Origin: Octopus bimaculoides
Lineage: Eukaryota
Length of the DNA: 64,000 nt
NCBI RefSeq assembly: GCF_001194135.2
Contig: NC_068984.1
Coordinates: 87,408,525-87,472,524 of the forward strand
Direction: 5' to 3'
Positions 25,031 through 38,536 of the stretch are shown here, in pieces. The position numbers and the translations under genes were made by a program. The notes beneath the pieces were generated by a model. That model made no database searches. It worked only from the letters and a program-made list of their open reading frames with translations, and was not told the DNA's origin. The stretch's first letter is position 1. Every line of letters starts with the position of its first letter.

Positions 25031-28000
25031 CATGCACAAACACGCACACGTATAACAGGCTTCTTTCAGTTTCATCATCATCATCATCATCATCATCGTT
25101 TAACGTCCGCTTTCCATGCTAGCATGGGTTGGACGATTTGACTGAGGACTGGTGAAACCGGATGGCAACACCAGGCTCCAGTCTAATTTGGCAGAGTTTC
25201 TACAGCTGGATGCCCTTCCTAACGCCAACCACTCAGAGAGTGTAGTGGGTGCTTTTACGTGNNNNNNNNNNNNNNNNNNNNNNNNNNNNNNNNNNNNNNN
25301 NNNNNNNNNNNNNNNNNNNNNNNNNNNNNNNNNNNNNNNNNNNNNNNNNNNNNNNNNNNNNNNNNNNNNNNNNNNNNNNNNNNNNNNNNNNNNNNNNNNN
25401 NNNNNNNNNNNNNNNNNNNNNNNNNNNNNNNNNNNNNNNNNNNNNNNNNNNNNNNNNNNNNNNNNNNNNNNNNNNNNNNNNNNNNNNNNNNNNNNNNNNN
25501 NNNNNNNNNNNNNNNNNNNNNNNNNNNNNNNNNNNNNNNNNNNNNNNNNNNNNNNNNNNNNNNNNNNNNNNNNNNNNNNNNNNNNNNNNNNNNNNNNNNN
25601 NNNNNNNNNNNNNNNNNNNNNNNNNNNNNNNNNNNNNNNNNNNNNNNNNNNNNNNNNNNNNNNNNNNNNNNNNNNNNNNNNNNNNNNNNNNNNNNNNNNN
25701 NNNNNNNNNNNNNNNNNNNNNNNNNNNNNNNNNNNNNNNNNNNNNNNNNNNNNNNNNNNNNNNNNNNNNNNNNNNNNNNNNNNNNNNNNNNNNNNNNNNN
25801 NNNNNNNNNNNNNNNNNNNNNNNNNNNNNNNNNNNNNNNNNNNNNNNNNNNNNNNNNNNNNNNNNNNNNNNNNNNNNNNNNNNNNNNNNNGATGCTTCTA
25901 ATGTTCAGCTTTTCTCTCAAGATACTTACACTCTGACGGGTATTCACATTGACATTACACATCCAACGGAGCATACTGGCTTCATTCCTTGCGAGCTTAC
26001 GTATGTCCTCAGCAGTTACAGCCCATGTTTCACTGCCATGTAGCATGGCTGTTCGTACGCATGCGTCATACAGTCTGCCTTTTACTCTGAGTGAGAGTCC
26101 CTTTGTCGCCAGCAGGGGTAAGAGCTCTCTAAACTTTGCCCAGGCTATTCTTATTCTAGCAGCTACACTTTCAGCGCACCCACCCCCACTACTAACTTGG
26201 TCGCCCAGATAGCGGAAGCTATCGACTACCTCTAGTTTTTCACCCTAATGCACTCCCAAGGCTATAGTAGTAGACACTTGCCCAAGGTGCCACATGGTAG
26301 AACTGAACCCAAAACAACGTGGTTGAGAGGCAAACTTCTTAATTACACATCCATGCCTTTTACAAAAAAAAACTGTCAAACAGAAGCTGAGTTTTATGTC
26401 AGGTTACTTTTCATGTTACTGATAACGTGAAATGCTGTACAACCTGTTGTATGGTCAGACCATTGGCAACTAAACCAACAACTCTACCAGACCTGCTTAT
26501 TGAGGAGGGTGGTTTTCATTGGACACCCTGCAAAACAAGACCTATCAAAGGGTGAACAAACTCAGCAGAGCCAACGGCCATCCAATAGCTGGGAGTGAAA
26601 AGACTCCTAGTTTTTGTTTTGATAAGGGAAACATACAGAGTACACACATACATTCATTTCTTTGTAGGTAGATGTAATAATGTGCCAAAGTAATATAACA
26701 ATATATAACAAAATAACAAATCTCTGTGAAAATACATATTTAGTGTCTCTGAACAATAAAGGTATGTTGGCCTATGTTTCCAGCTTCCAATTTATGAATG
26801 AAAATGTAGATCAGGCTGTCTGCTTGAATGATGAAGAATTATGAACTTGAAAACAGTAATGGAATAAGGATAAAAATTTATCTCTTTAATTTTAAACTGT
26901 TCATATTTTAATTAGAGAATCTTCTTCATGATTTTATAAACTTTTATGCCTTCAGAACTTATATAATAATGAATAAGTTTATTTGTATAACAAAACCCTC
27001 CAAATTTTTTATTATTTTCAAAAGTTGTTGAAACAGTGCCACATAAAAAGCATCCACACTGTAAAGTAGTTGGCATTTGGAAAAGCATTCCGCTGTAAAA
27101 ACCTTGGCAAAACTGACCTTGCTTGTGCTTGTGCCTTGTAAAAAGCACTCAGTCCACTCTGCTGGGTGGTGGGTGTTAGGAAGGGCAGTCAGCCATAAAA
27201 CCCATGCCAAAACAGACATAAAAGTCTGGTGCAGGCTCCCTTCAAACTGTCCAACTCATGCCAGCATGGAAGGCAGACATTAAACTGCAGTGGTGGCAGC
27301 GCCGCATTTCATCACAAATATGCTCACAAAGCTCTAACAGATTTTTCTCAAAGAAATTATTAACTTAGTTAAAGAAAATGATTAGTTTCACTTGCTATAA
27401 AATTAATATCCATTACCATCATCTTTCACAATATTTTTCTGTCTTTATGATAACATGATGTCAAATTATTTTTATTTCTAAAAAACTTTTGCATTTCTTT
27501 TTAAAGGCTGCTCTTCTGATGTTGGAAATGGCATGGACCATGTCAAAAGACACAAATGACTTAATCTGGCAAGTTTAAATTCTTATAATACATTATTGTG
27601 AGTAGGAGGGCTCTGAAAGGGGTCTCAGGGAGTAGCATCCCTGCTTTCCCAAGCTAGTTTTCCACCACATTTCTTAAAAATTATGGTAGAGGTCTTGGTC
27701 TCAGGACCATTCATGTCTAGAAACTGAGGTTGGGGGTAAAGCAAGGGCATGCTCCCCATAGAAAATCCAGCCCAAAAAAAGCCTCATGACAATAGCAAAG
27801 AGGCATGGGCACCTGCCTACCTCAAAAAGGAAGGTGCGAACCCTCATCCTGAGTTGTGCAAGCATGACTTGCCTTATGTTGGTCAATGACCTGAGGAAAA
27901 GCTTGGGGTGACGTTGGGAAGTTGGAATGTGGGCAGTCTGCATAGAACTGAAGTGTGTTAGGAACTGAGGAAGAGGAAAGTGGATGTGCGCTGTGTGTAG

Positions 28001-31000
28001 GAGGTTAGAGGGGCCAGGGTGCAAGATTTGTGTAAGGGGGTCAATGGAAGAAGGTACAAGTTGTGGTGCTTGGGAAATGGCAAGGGGACTGGAGGTATGG
28101 GAGCTTTGGTGAAGGAAAAAATTTGCGAGAAGGTAGTGGAGGTCAGGAGAAAGAGTGACAAAGTGATGACAGTAGTATCAGCATTTGAGGAAGAAGTGGT
28201 GAGAGTATGGTCTGCAAATTGGGAGAGGGATCATTGAGAAAGAGCAGTTCTTTGATGAAATGGCGAGTGAGTGGGACTTACATAAGACAGATGAATTGGT
28301 TTTGGGCATGGGTGATTTTAATGGACATTCTGGGGAAATGGATCCAGGGCTTTTGAGGGTGTGCATAGGGGAAAGGGAATTGGGGAGAGAAATATGAAAG
28401 GAAGGATGCTGTTTGAGTTTTGCAATGAGAAGGGGTTGTGTGGTGAACATGTGGCTTAGGAAAACAGAGCAAAGGAAGGTGACTTTCAGTGCAGGAGAGA
28501 ATGAGACAGATTGATTTCATGTTGGTTGGCATGGAAAACAGAAAGTATCTGAAAGATGTGAAGACAATACCTGGGGAGTTACAGCAAAGGTTGGTGGTTG
28601 CTGACTTGAATAAGGGGAAAGTTAAAAAGCATGTGAGAAAGGGAACGGTTGGGAGGAGAAAGGTGTGGAAACTGAAGGAAGAAGAAACAAGAGCAAGGTT
28701 TGAAGAGGGAGTTGGGGAGTATTGATGCACTGGATTTGTGGATGTCTTTTAAGGAAGGGGTACTAAAGGCATGTGACAAAGTGTGTGTAAGGATGAAAAG
28801 TAGGAGAAATCGAGGAGATACGTGGTAGTGGAATGAGGAGGTGAGGGATGCGATAGCGAGGAAGAAGGAGGCACAAAGCTTTATGTAATAATAGGAGTGA
28901 ACAAATGAAAGCCAGGTATATTAACATGAAGAATCTTGCAAAGAGGGTAGTTGCAAGATCTATGAGGAAGGAGGCTGAGGAAGTTGAGCGTGCTGGATGA
29001 GAACCCAGATAGAGTGTTTAGGTTTATGAAATCAATGAAAAAAGATGGAAGAGATGTTGGAGGAGGAAGATGTATGAGGTGGGGTGATGGCAGGTTGAAT
29101 TTTACTGAGAAGGATGGGAAGAGTTTGGAAAGAGCATGTGAGGGAATTATGAATGAGGAGAATGAATGGGATCAGAGGGTGGAAGCTGCTGTGGTGAAGG
29201 GGCCAGTGGAGAGGGTTAGTCGGAAAGAAATAGTGGAGGCAATGAAGGAAATGAAAACAGGAAAGGCAGCTGGTCCATCAGAAGTAAGTGTGGAAATGAT
29301 AATTGCAAGTGGAGAGATAGGGATTGTTGTGATGATGGAGCTCTGCCACAGTGTGCTGGATGGAAGAGGAATGCCAGATGATTGGGCACTAAGTGTGGTG
29401 GTACTGAGCTTCAAGGAGAAAAGGAGATGAGATGAGTTGTGGGGCGTATAGAGGAGTGAAGTTATTGGAGTATGCAATGAAGATAATGGAAAGGGTGTTG
29501 GAGAGGAGAATTTGGAAAGGGGTGGATGTGAACAAGATGCAATTTGATTTTATGCCAGGAAAGGGGACAAGTGATGCAGTGTTCATTGTAAAGAAATTCC
29601 AAGAGGAGTACCGAGATAAGGAGGAGTTGTACATGTGCTTCATTGATCTGGAGAAGGCATTTGATAGGGTTCCAAGGAAGGTGATTGAGTAGGCATTGAG
29701 GAGGAGAGGTGTACTAGAGGTAATAGTGAGGGTAGTGATGAGTTGGTATGAAGGGGTGAAAACGAGAGTTAGAGTTGGATCAGAGCTGTTAGAGGACTTT
29801 GCAGTGAAAGGTGGTGTGCATCAGGGATCAGTGTTGTTTGCAATAGTGGTTGATGTGATGATGGAGAGTGCAAGAAAGAGATTGATAATGGAAATACTGT
29901 TTGCAGATGACCTTGTTCTAATGAGTGAGATGATGGAGGGATTGAGGGAGAAGTTTCGGAAATAGAAGTAGGTGTTTGAAAGCAAAGGTTTGAAGGTAAC
30001 CCTCAGGAAGACAAAGATGATGGTGAATGGGGTGGAAGGAGAAGTGTTAACGAGTAAGGTAGATCCATGTGGTGTATGTGGGAGGAGGGTAATGGCAAAT
30101 GTAGTGTTGTGTACGAAATGTAGGAAATGGGTTCATGGTAGATGTATGAAAATGAAGAAGGTGACCCCAAGACTGGCAAGAGATTTTATTTGTGAAAGAT
30201 GTGAGAAAAGAGCTGGAGGGCTGGTGGAACCAGTGGAAATACTATGTGACGAAGTAGAAACAGCGAGAGAGTTTTGTTATTTGAGAGATAGGGTGGATGT
30301 AAAGCAGCTATGACAGCAAGAGCAAGACTTGGCTGAGTGAAGTTCAGGGAATGTGGAGCATTATTATATAGGAAAAGGTTCTCCTTGAAGATGAAAGGAA
30401 GGGTTTCACAAAGTTGTGTGAGATCTGCAATGTTGTATGGGATGAGACACAAGGGAAAATGAAATGGCAATTTTGAGAAGGACTGAGAGAGCAATGTGTG
30501 GTGTAAAACTATTGAATAAAAGGAGGGCTGAGGACTTGATGGAGATGCTGGGGTTGGAGGAATTGGTGAAACAGCTGGCAAGGGTGAATGGAGTGTGGTG
30601 GTATGGACGTGTTGAGGAGGGATGAGGATCGTGTTCTGAGGAGAGTTCTTGAGTTTAAGGTGAATGAATTGCGAATGTGAGGTCAACCAAAGAAAATGTG
30701 GAGGAGGAGATTGGGAGGGTTGGCTTAAGGAGGGAGGATGCCCAGAATTGGGCGTGATGGTGTGACAGCAGTTGCTGTAAGAGTGAGATAGATCCGGTCA
30801 CCCCCATTAACAGGGACAAACTCAGATTTAAAATATTGGACATCAAATTGTTATTTTCTCAAATCAATACAACTGCATATGATATACATGCAACTGAATA
30901 CTGTATGTGTATATATGTCTGTCTGTTTGTCAATTGAGACATATATATATATAAAGAGAGAGAAAAGGAAAAAGAGACCAATACCCTTCATAACCTTATA

Positions 31001-31021
31001 TATATATACCCTTCATAACCT

Positions 31022-31088
<67 letters not shown>

Positions 31089-32492
31089 CACCAGAGTAAG
31101 CACATTTCTAACAAAACTGTCCGATGAACAGGAACGTGAAACTCAGAGTAACAGTCTTTTGTTATATTTCTGCTGCTTTTAAATAAAGTATATATATATA
31201 TATATATATATGAGGTGGTATCAAAAAGTTCCTTGACTAGTTCTATAGCATGCTAACGGATGGCAGCACATGGCTGTGTGAGGGAGTTAGCAGTGATCTT
31301 CATGAGGCAGTCTGCCAAGTGACTTTGCAAGTTGTGAAATTTGTGCTTTTGTGATCACATATATGCTGTAGTGTGCAATTTTGTCATGGATAGGAACAAA
31401 GAGCCAATGTTAAATTTTGCACTAAACTTGGGAAGTATGCTACAGAGACATTGAGCATGCTTTGGCAAGCTTACGGCGATGAGGCAATGGGTCATATACA
31501 ATGTTTTGAGTGGCATAGGCACTTCAAAAGCGGAAGAACGTTCCTGGAAGACGATGAGCAATCTGGAAGGCCTCCCATGAGCATCACCCCTGGAAATGTG
31601 ATATTGTGCACCGAGAATTCTTCAGGCAATGGAGAACACCTGAATGTAAATGCAGAGTGAGAAAGTCAGAATAGTGAGAGGGTGAATTATCAATTTCAAA
31701 AACAAATACACTACTACATGCATTGAGTACTCTTGCTTCAATTTTTACAGAAAGAGAAGTGGCTTCTCCAACAAGCATAAGTGTTTTCCTTTCCTTAACC
31801 TGTCTTTCTCTTTCCTTCCAACTTTCACTACTATTCAAATCATCATCATCATCATCATTTAACTTCTATCTTCCATGCTGGCATGGGTTAGATGATTTGA
31901 CAAGAGCTGGCAAGCTAAAGAGCTGCACCAGGTTTCATTGTTTGCTTTTGCATGGTTTCTTCAGTTGGATGCTCTTTATAACGCCAGTTGGTACTGACAT
32001 CAGCAAGATCATCAAGTAACTTGTGAGATGAAGGTCTTTCAGATAGGAGAGGGAGTGGAACTGCAGAAAGTGCTTTGTGCCAGGTGAGAGGTTAAAGTAT
32101 AATGAAGAGATAGAGATAGGTGTCATACTTGGCATCCCCAGTAGAGAAAGAGAGGAGAGGAAAGATAGATAGAACTAGAGAGAGAGATAAAGAGAGAGAA
32201 ATAGATGGTGTTGGAGATCCATCTGGACCTACCCTTGGGTAGCAGTGAGTGGAGGTGGAATATGTCATACAGAGAGGATAGACAGGGATGTTCCATAAGA
32301 GTGAAGGGAGATACTTAGATATGGGAAAGAGGTGACTGTAGCAGGTGATGGTGAGAGAGATTGGAGTAGCTGGTAGTGGAGACTTGGTAGATATATGAGG
32401 GCATGAAACCTACATGGATAGGCACATGAGAGAATGGGGCCTGCAGTAGGTAGTGATTGTGGGAAGATGGATTGTATGGGAGTTTTGACAGG

Positions 32493-32532
<40 letters not shown>

Positions 32533-35500
32533 GTGGATTATGGCCTGGCATGATTTTACTCAGCTTGACATGTTTTCTCAAGCACAGTGAATTACCAGAA
32601 GTCTTGGTCCTTGATATCCAAAGATTATTTCTCACCACTTTGCCCCATATCTTCCTGGATCTACCTACTTCTTCCACAGGTTCCCTCCACAATTAGAGAT
32701 TGGCACTTTATGCAGCTGTCATCCATATGCCTAACATGTCCATACCAGTGCAGTTTTCTCTCGCACACTACATTTGATGCCTCTTTTGCCCAACTTTTCT
32801 CTTAAAACTATTACACTTGGTTGTACATACATACTAACATTGTTTATCGCCACTTCAATATGACTATTCCCATAGGAACTGATGTTACTACTGTTTTTAA
32901 CCCCAGAGAGGAAGAAGTTGTCATACATAACTGGATGTCTTGTGCAATGTAGTTCTTCATCATCTGGTTTCACACCAACTGTAATTCTTTGTTACCCAGC
33001 TTCACACCAACTGTAGTACATTGTCACCCAGCTTCTCACTCTTGGTCAGCTGACCACCATGCGTTCACTCACCAAAAATTAATAAGGAGAACATGCAACA
33101 TGCTTTAAACCAGTCATGTGATCAATGAACATTATTTCTCATTAGAATTATGAATCTATTATTCATTTTCTTTTGTAGAACTAGAGAACAGTATTTTGAG
33201 TAGCATCATTTTAAATTATATTTATCAAATTAATTCTTCCATTTGCTGCAGATGATTGCCTGCCAAACTATAATAATATTGAACAGCTTACTATCACAGT
33301 AAATAGAACTTTATTCTATCTTTCATAATAATCCTTTTGGCATGGATACATTTTCCTTACTTTTTCTTTGTTGCTTCTGTACTTTCTTCAAATGTTTATT
33401 GCTACTATAAACATTTAAAAAATTTTCTTTCTCAGACAAAAGGACTTTATTTGAAATATCAGTGTCCTGGACTCTAACCTACCTCTATGGCATACAGACT
33501 TATCTAAATTTGCAAATTTGTTTTAGGCTTGCTGTTGTTGGTGTTACAGACCAGTTGTTGCATTATCAGATATCCAGAGAAAAATATATTGAAGATGTGA
33601 TGTTACTACAGTCTCATTTATCAAGACACAATAGAAGGTAAACTACATTTTTTTACTCTTTATTTTTTTCTCTGGAATATCTTATTTCTTGTCTATATTC
33701 TTAAAGGATTAAATAAAATAGATAAATTTCTCTAGAGAATGAAAATATGAATTGCTTTAAAAGGATGTGGATTTAAGGTACTAATTACATTTATGCTATA
33801 AAAGTATATCTTTTTTGCATGGGTTGGATGGCTCCTTTCCAGCGCAGTATCTCACCATTTGTTGCATCTTTTGTCAGGTTCAGCATCTTAAGGTCAACTT
33901 TTACTACTTCCATTCATGTCTTCTATGGTTTTCCTCTTCCAGAATTTCCAAATAAATGCCAAGAGATCTACTACTTGGATCTCTTGGCTCTTCTTTAACT
34001 ATCTGTTACTGGTCCATATTGCATTGCACATGTTTGTACCAATGCAGTTTTCTGTCTTGCACATAACCACTGATTGCTCTTATAACTCTTACAGCTTTTC
34101 AAATATTCAGTTGTAACATCATCATCATCTTCGTTTAACGTTCGCCAGAAAGGCGATACTGGGCACAGGTGCCGAGAGTCATTATCATTAATGATATGGT
34201 TATGAAAGTTTAGTAAAAAGGAAAAAAATCCTATTATAGCAATAATAAACTTCTGAAATACAAAAATAGCCCAGGACAAAGTAGTTTTGATAAGATGCAG
34301 TTGGGCTGTGTGTCAGCACTTGGAAATATATATGCCATTTCTTTGTGAGGCAACTTCAAGGAATTCTTTAAAAAATTAAGTTAATCTAGTGCCTTTACTG
34401 TTCTAAAGAAGGCTATTGACAATATTCCACACTCAATTGTCTGGTGAGTGTCAATAAACTAGGGTGGTGATGAATGATTTGGAAGAACCATTAGAATGAT
34501 GTATGAGAATTCTCTATGCAGAAATAATGCCAGTAATTGAAAACATGAGAAGAAGTGTATCTCTGTTACTGATCTCTAACAAAGTGCCTATCTTTAAATG
34601 TGGGAGGGACCTTGTGGAAGAGGTAGACTCAAGAAGATGTGGGACAAGGTAGTGATATATGATCTTCAGATGTTGAGTCTCACAGAGGCGATGACAAGAG
34701 ACTAAGACTTTTGGTGATTTGCTGTTGAGAATTGTAGTTGTGGCCAGTGCCAAAGATACATGAACAGCACCTTTACCAGAGACCAGTAAAAGATACCCAT
34801 GTTGATGACATGTAAAAGACACCCTTGTCAGTGACACATAAAAGGTACTCATGTCAGTGACACGTAAAAGGCACCTGTACTGGTGACATGTTAAAGGTAT
34901 CTGTGCCAGTGGCATGTAAAAGACACCCAATACACTCTGTGGAGTGGTTGGCATTAAGAAAGGCATCCAGCCATAGAAACCAAGCCAAAACATGACTGGA
35001 GCCTGATGCAGCTCTTTGGCTTACCAACTCCAGTCAAACTGTCTAATCCATTCTAGCATGGAAAATGGATGCTAAATGTGATGATGGTGTTGTTGATATG
35101 TGATGTCAAGATAGAAATGAGTGGTGTTATCTCATAACTCAAGAACAGTCTAAATCATCCTGCTTAATGAATGCTTGTTAAAATTATAGTGATTGGTTGA
35201 AACCTTGTTTGCAGCATGGACCAATTAATGCTGGTGATTAGATTTTCAACTATAACACATATATACTTACTCCAATGTTTATGTTGAGAAAAATTTCAAC
35301 TTCATTCTTTGTTTCCTGTTTGTATTCATTTTCATTTTTCATTTTNNNNNNNNNNNNNNNNNNNNNNNNNNNNNNNNNNNNNNNNNNNNNNNNNNNNNNN
35401 NNNNNNNNNNNNNNNNNNNNNNNNNNNNNNNNNNNNNNNNNNNNNNNNNNNNNNNNNNNNNNNNNNNNNNNNNNNNNNNNNNNNNNNNNNNNNNNNNNNN

Positions 35501-38496
35501 NNNNNNNNNNNNNNNNNNNNNNNNNNNNNNNNNNNNNNNNNNNNNNNNNNNNNNNNNNNNNNNNNNNNNNNNNNNNNNNNNNNNNNNNNNNNNNNNNNNN
35601 NNNNNNNNNNNNNNNNNNNNNNNNNNNNNNNNNNNNNNNNNNNNNNNNNNNNNNNNNNNNNNNNNNNNNNNNNNNNNNNNNNNNNNNNNNNNNNNNNNNN
35701 NNNNNNNNNNNNNNNNNNNNNNNNNNNNNNNNNNNNNNNNNNNNNNNNNNNNNNNNNNNNNNNNNNNNNNNNNNNNNNNNCTCCCTCCTTGGGTTTGTTG
35801 ACTTGCAAGCTACATGATGACCTCACTAGTGCTGGTGGCATGAAGAAAAGCACCCAGTATACACTGTAAAATGGTTGGCATTAAGGAAGGGCATCCAGCT
35901 GTAGAAACCATGCCAAAGCAGACATTAGAGCATGCTCCTTATCATCAGCTCCTTATCAAACCATCCAAACCATATCAGCCCTTCTCCAATCTTTACAGAT
36001 GTTAACCTACCTCCCTCTCCCATTTCCCCTATTTAATCTTGCATCCCCCCCACTTTCCCCACCCACTATGATGAAGATGATGCTGATGATGATGATGAAG
36101 GTGGTGGTGGTGGTGGTGGTGGTGGCAGCACCTGCTTCTGTTGCTGCTGTTCTGAAAGTTTCAGATGTAATTTTGTAACATCTAACATAACATATATCCA
36201 GTATACTATTAGTTTTATAAAACATTTATGTAAAATTGAAGCATTGGAGGTTTTTATTCCCAAGAGGTGTTTATTTGCAAATCTGCTTCAGGCACCAGAA
36301 AGTAGACAATTTATTCTGCTGTTAGGAATTATAGACTGCAAAGGCAACTAACTTCTTTTGTTATTTATAACTCCATGCTAACTTTGGCAAGTCTTGTATG
36401 CTGGCTAGGCTAGTTCTGCTGGAAGAGTGAAGCAACAAGTTTGTAAAATATGCTGCAGAATTGTCATCTTATAGCTTGCCAAAAATATTTGCATCCAACC
36501 TCATTATTATTATTTTCACACTGGTGCTCCAGCATGACCACAGCTGCATAGCTGAAACAAGTAAAAGAGCAAATGAATGTTTTAGTGTATTAATAATATG
36601 CTATAAACATTAAAAATATTAAATGTACTTTTGCATACACAAATGTTTTGTAAATATTCTGCATAGCATTCTGTTTAACTGTATCTTGAAAAGAATTACA
36701 TCATAGAATAATCAAATTAGCTTTTCAGTTGCATATCTCAGGTGGGAGCATCATCATTCCATTAAATGTGTTTATGGGAAGAAAAATGTTGAAAAACATC
36801 AAAAACATCAAATACAGAGTGACAAAGAAATAAAGAAGGTATCAGGTGGTCATGAGTTGTGCTAAAACTAACAGCTAGATTGCTCTTAATCCACGCACAA
36901 AAGACTTTTTCCTTTTCATAATTGTATGTTTAGAACACAAATTCACAACCCTTTTCTGAAAATTCCAAAAAGTAAAAAGAGTATGAGAGGTTATATGGAG
37001 TGCTAAAATCAGAACTCTGCCATCTTTATACTAAAATTCAAATTCTGCTTGTCTATTTCTGCGTTTCATGATTTTAGATAAGCAATCCCTTGTGATAAAA
37101 TATTTTGACTAATCTACTCTCAGACACAATCCTTTAAACCCATTTTATAAAAATATTTTCAGCATTTTTGAGCCTAGAATCCTTCAAACAGAATTTTGTT
37201 TGTTATTATATCAACTTGTAAATTTAGCAAAAACTAAAGTTCTAGTAAGCAGGAAAACAGACAAATCACAAATCACTTCAGAGAGATGGCCCTGTTTGAT
37301 ATGTAGGAAAGGTGTTGGTACAAAATCTATATGCTGGTGCCACATATAAAACACACATGCCAGTGCCACATATAAAGCAACTGTGCAGGTGCCATGTATA
37401 AAGTACCTGTGCTGGCTGGAGTCACATGCAAAGCACTCATGACAGTTCCACGGATTAAGGACCCTTGCCAGTGTCATGTATAAAGCACCTGTTCCAGTCC
37501 TATATAAAAAGCACCCAGTATGCTCAAAGTGGTTGGTGTTAGGAAGGGCATCCGGCCATAGAAACAGACAATTGAAGCCTGGACAGCTCTCTGGCTGACC
37601 AGCTCCTGTCAAACTGTCCAACCCATGCCAGCATGGAAATGGATGTTACATGATGACGATAATGACGATAAATTTATCGTCTGACTCCTATTTAGAATTG
37701 TTGACAAATACAGGATGTTGATAAGCGTGCTGTATACAATATTGTTTACTTTGTTGCTGGTTTTGTTTATTGTTTCTTCCTTTCTTTCAAGATGGTGTGT
37801 GAAGATGAAACTGAATATTAACAAGCACCTTAGTTTCTTTATATATATATATATACTAGCAGTATAGCCCGGCTTTGCCCGGAATTAAGTTGGGATTATT
37901 AAGCTAATCAAGTTCTTTATTTCAAACCAAACTAAGTAACATCGATGTCAAATTTGGGCAGAATCAGTGTTGCAACTGGAGCGCATGGGTTGGGAGTTTG
38001 ATCGGCAGAGGTGATCAGGTTACACATGCCATCCCTTTGAAAACACCACTGCCATCATCTAACCCCTCTTTGCCCATGGGTTAGGGACCCTTCCAGCAAG
38101 GAAAATAGAATGACCAAAAGGGCTCCTGATCCTCTGTGTCAGAAGCGGTTCTGTTCAGATCACAANNNNNNNNNNNNNNNNNNNNNNNNNNNNNNNNNNN
38201 NNNNNNNNNNNNNNNNNNNNNNNNNNNNNNNNNNNNNNNNNNNNNNNNNNNNNNNNNNNNNNNNNNNNNNNNNNNNNNNNNNNNNNNNNNNNNNNNNNNN
38301 NNNNNNNNNNNNNNNNNNNNNNNNNNNNNNNNNNNNNNNNNNNNNNNNNNNNNNNNNNNNNNNNNNNNNNNNNNNNNNNNNNNNNNNNNNNNNNNNNNNN
38401 NNNNNNNNNNNNNNNNNNNNNNNNNNNNNNNNNNNNNNNNNNNNNNNNNNNNNNNNNNNNNNNNNNNNNNNNNNNNNNNNNNNTCAATTTATCATC

Positions 38497-38536
<40 letters not shown>

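Larger units (their letters stand above)
2688..38483. other. Assembly gaps: 2688-3185, 5929-6257, 25262-25890, 35346-35780, 38166-38483
   Basis: N runs; most fall inside young or high-copy repeats. Confidence 1.

Noticed and set aside
27573-27574. Canonical GT donor for exon 8
   Set aside because: It adds 4 nt and breaks the frame with exon 9.
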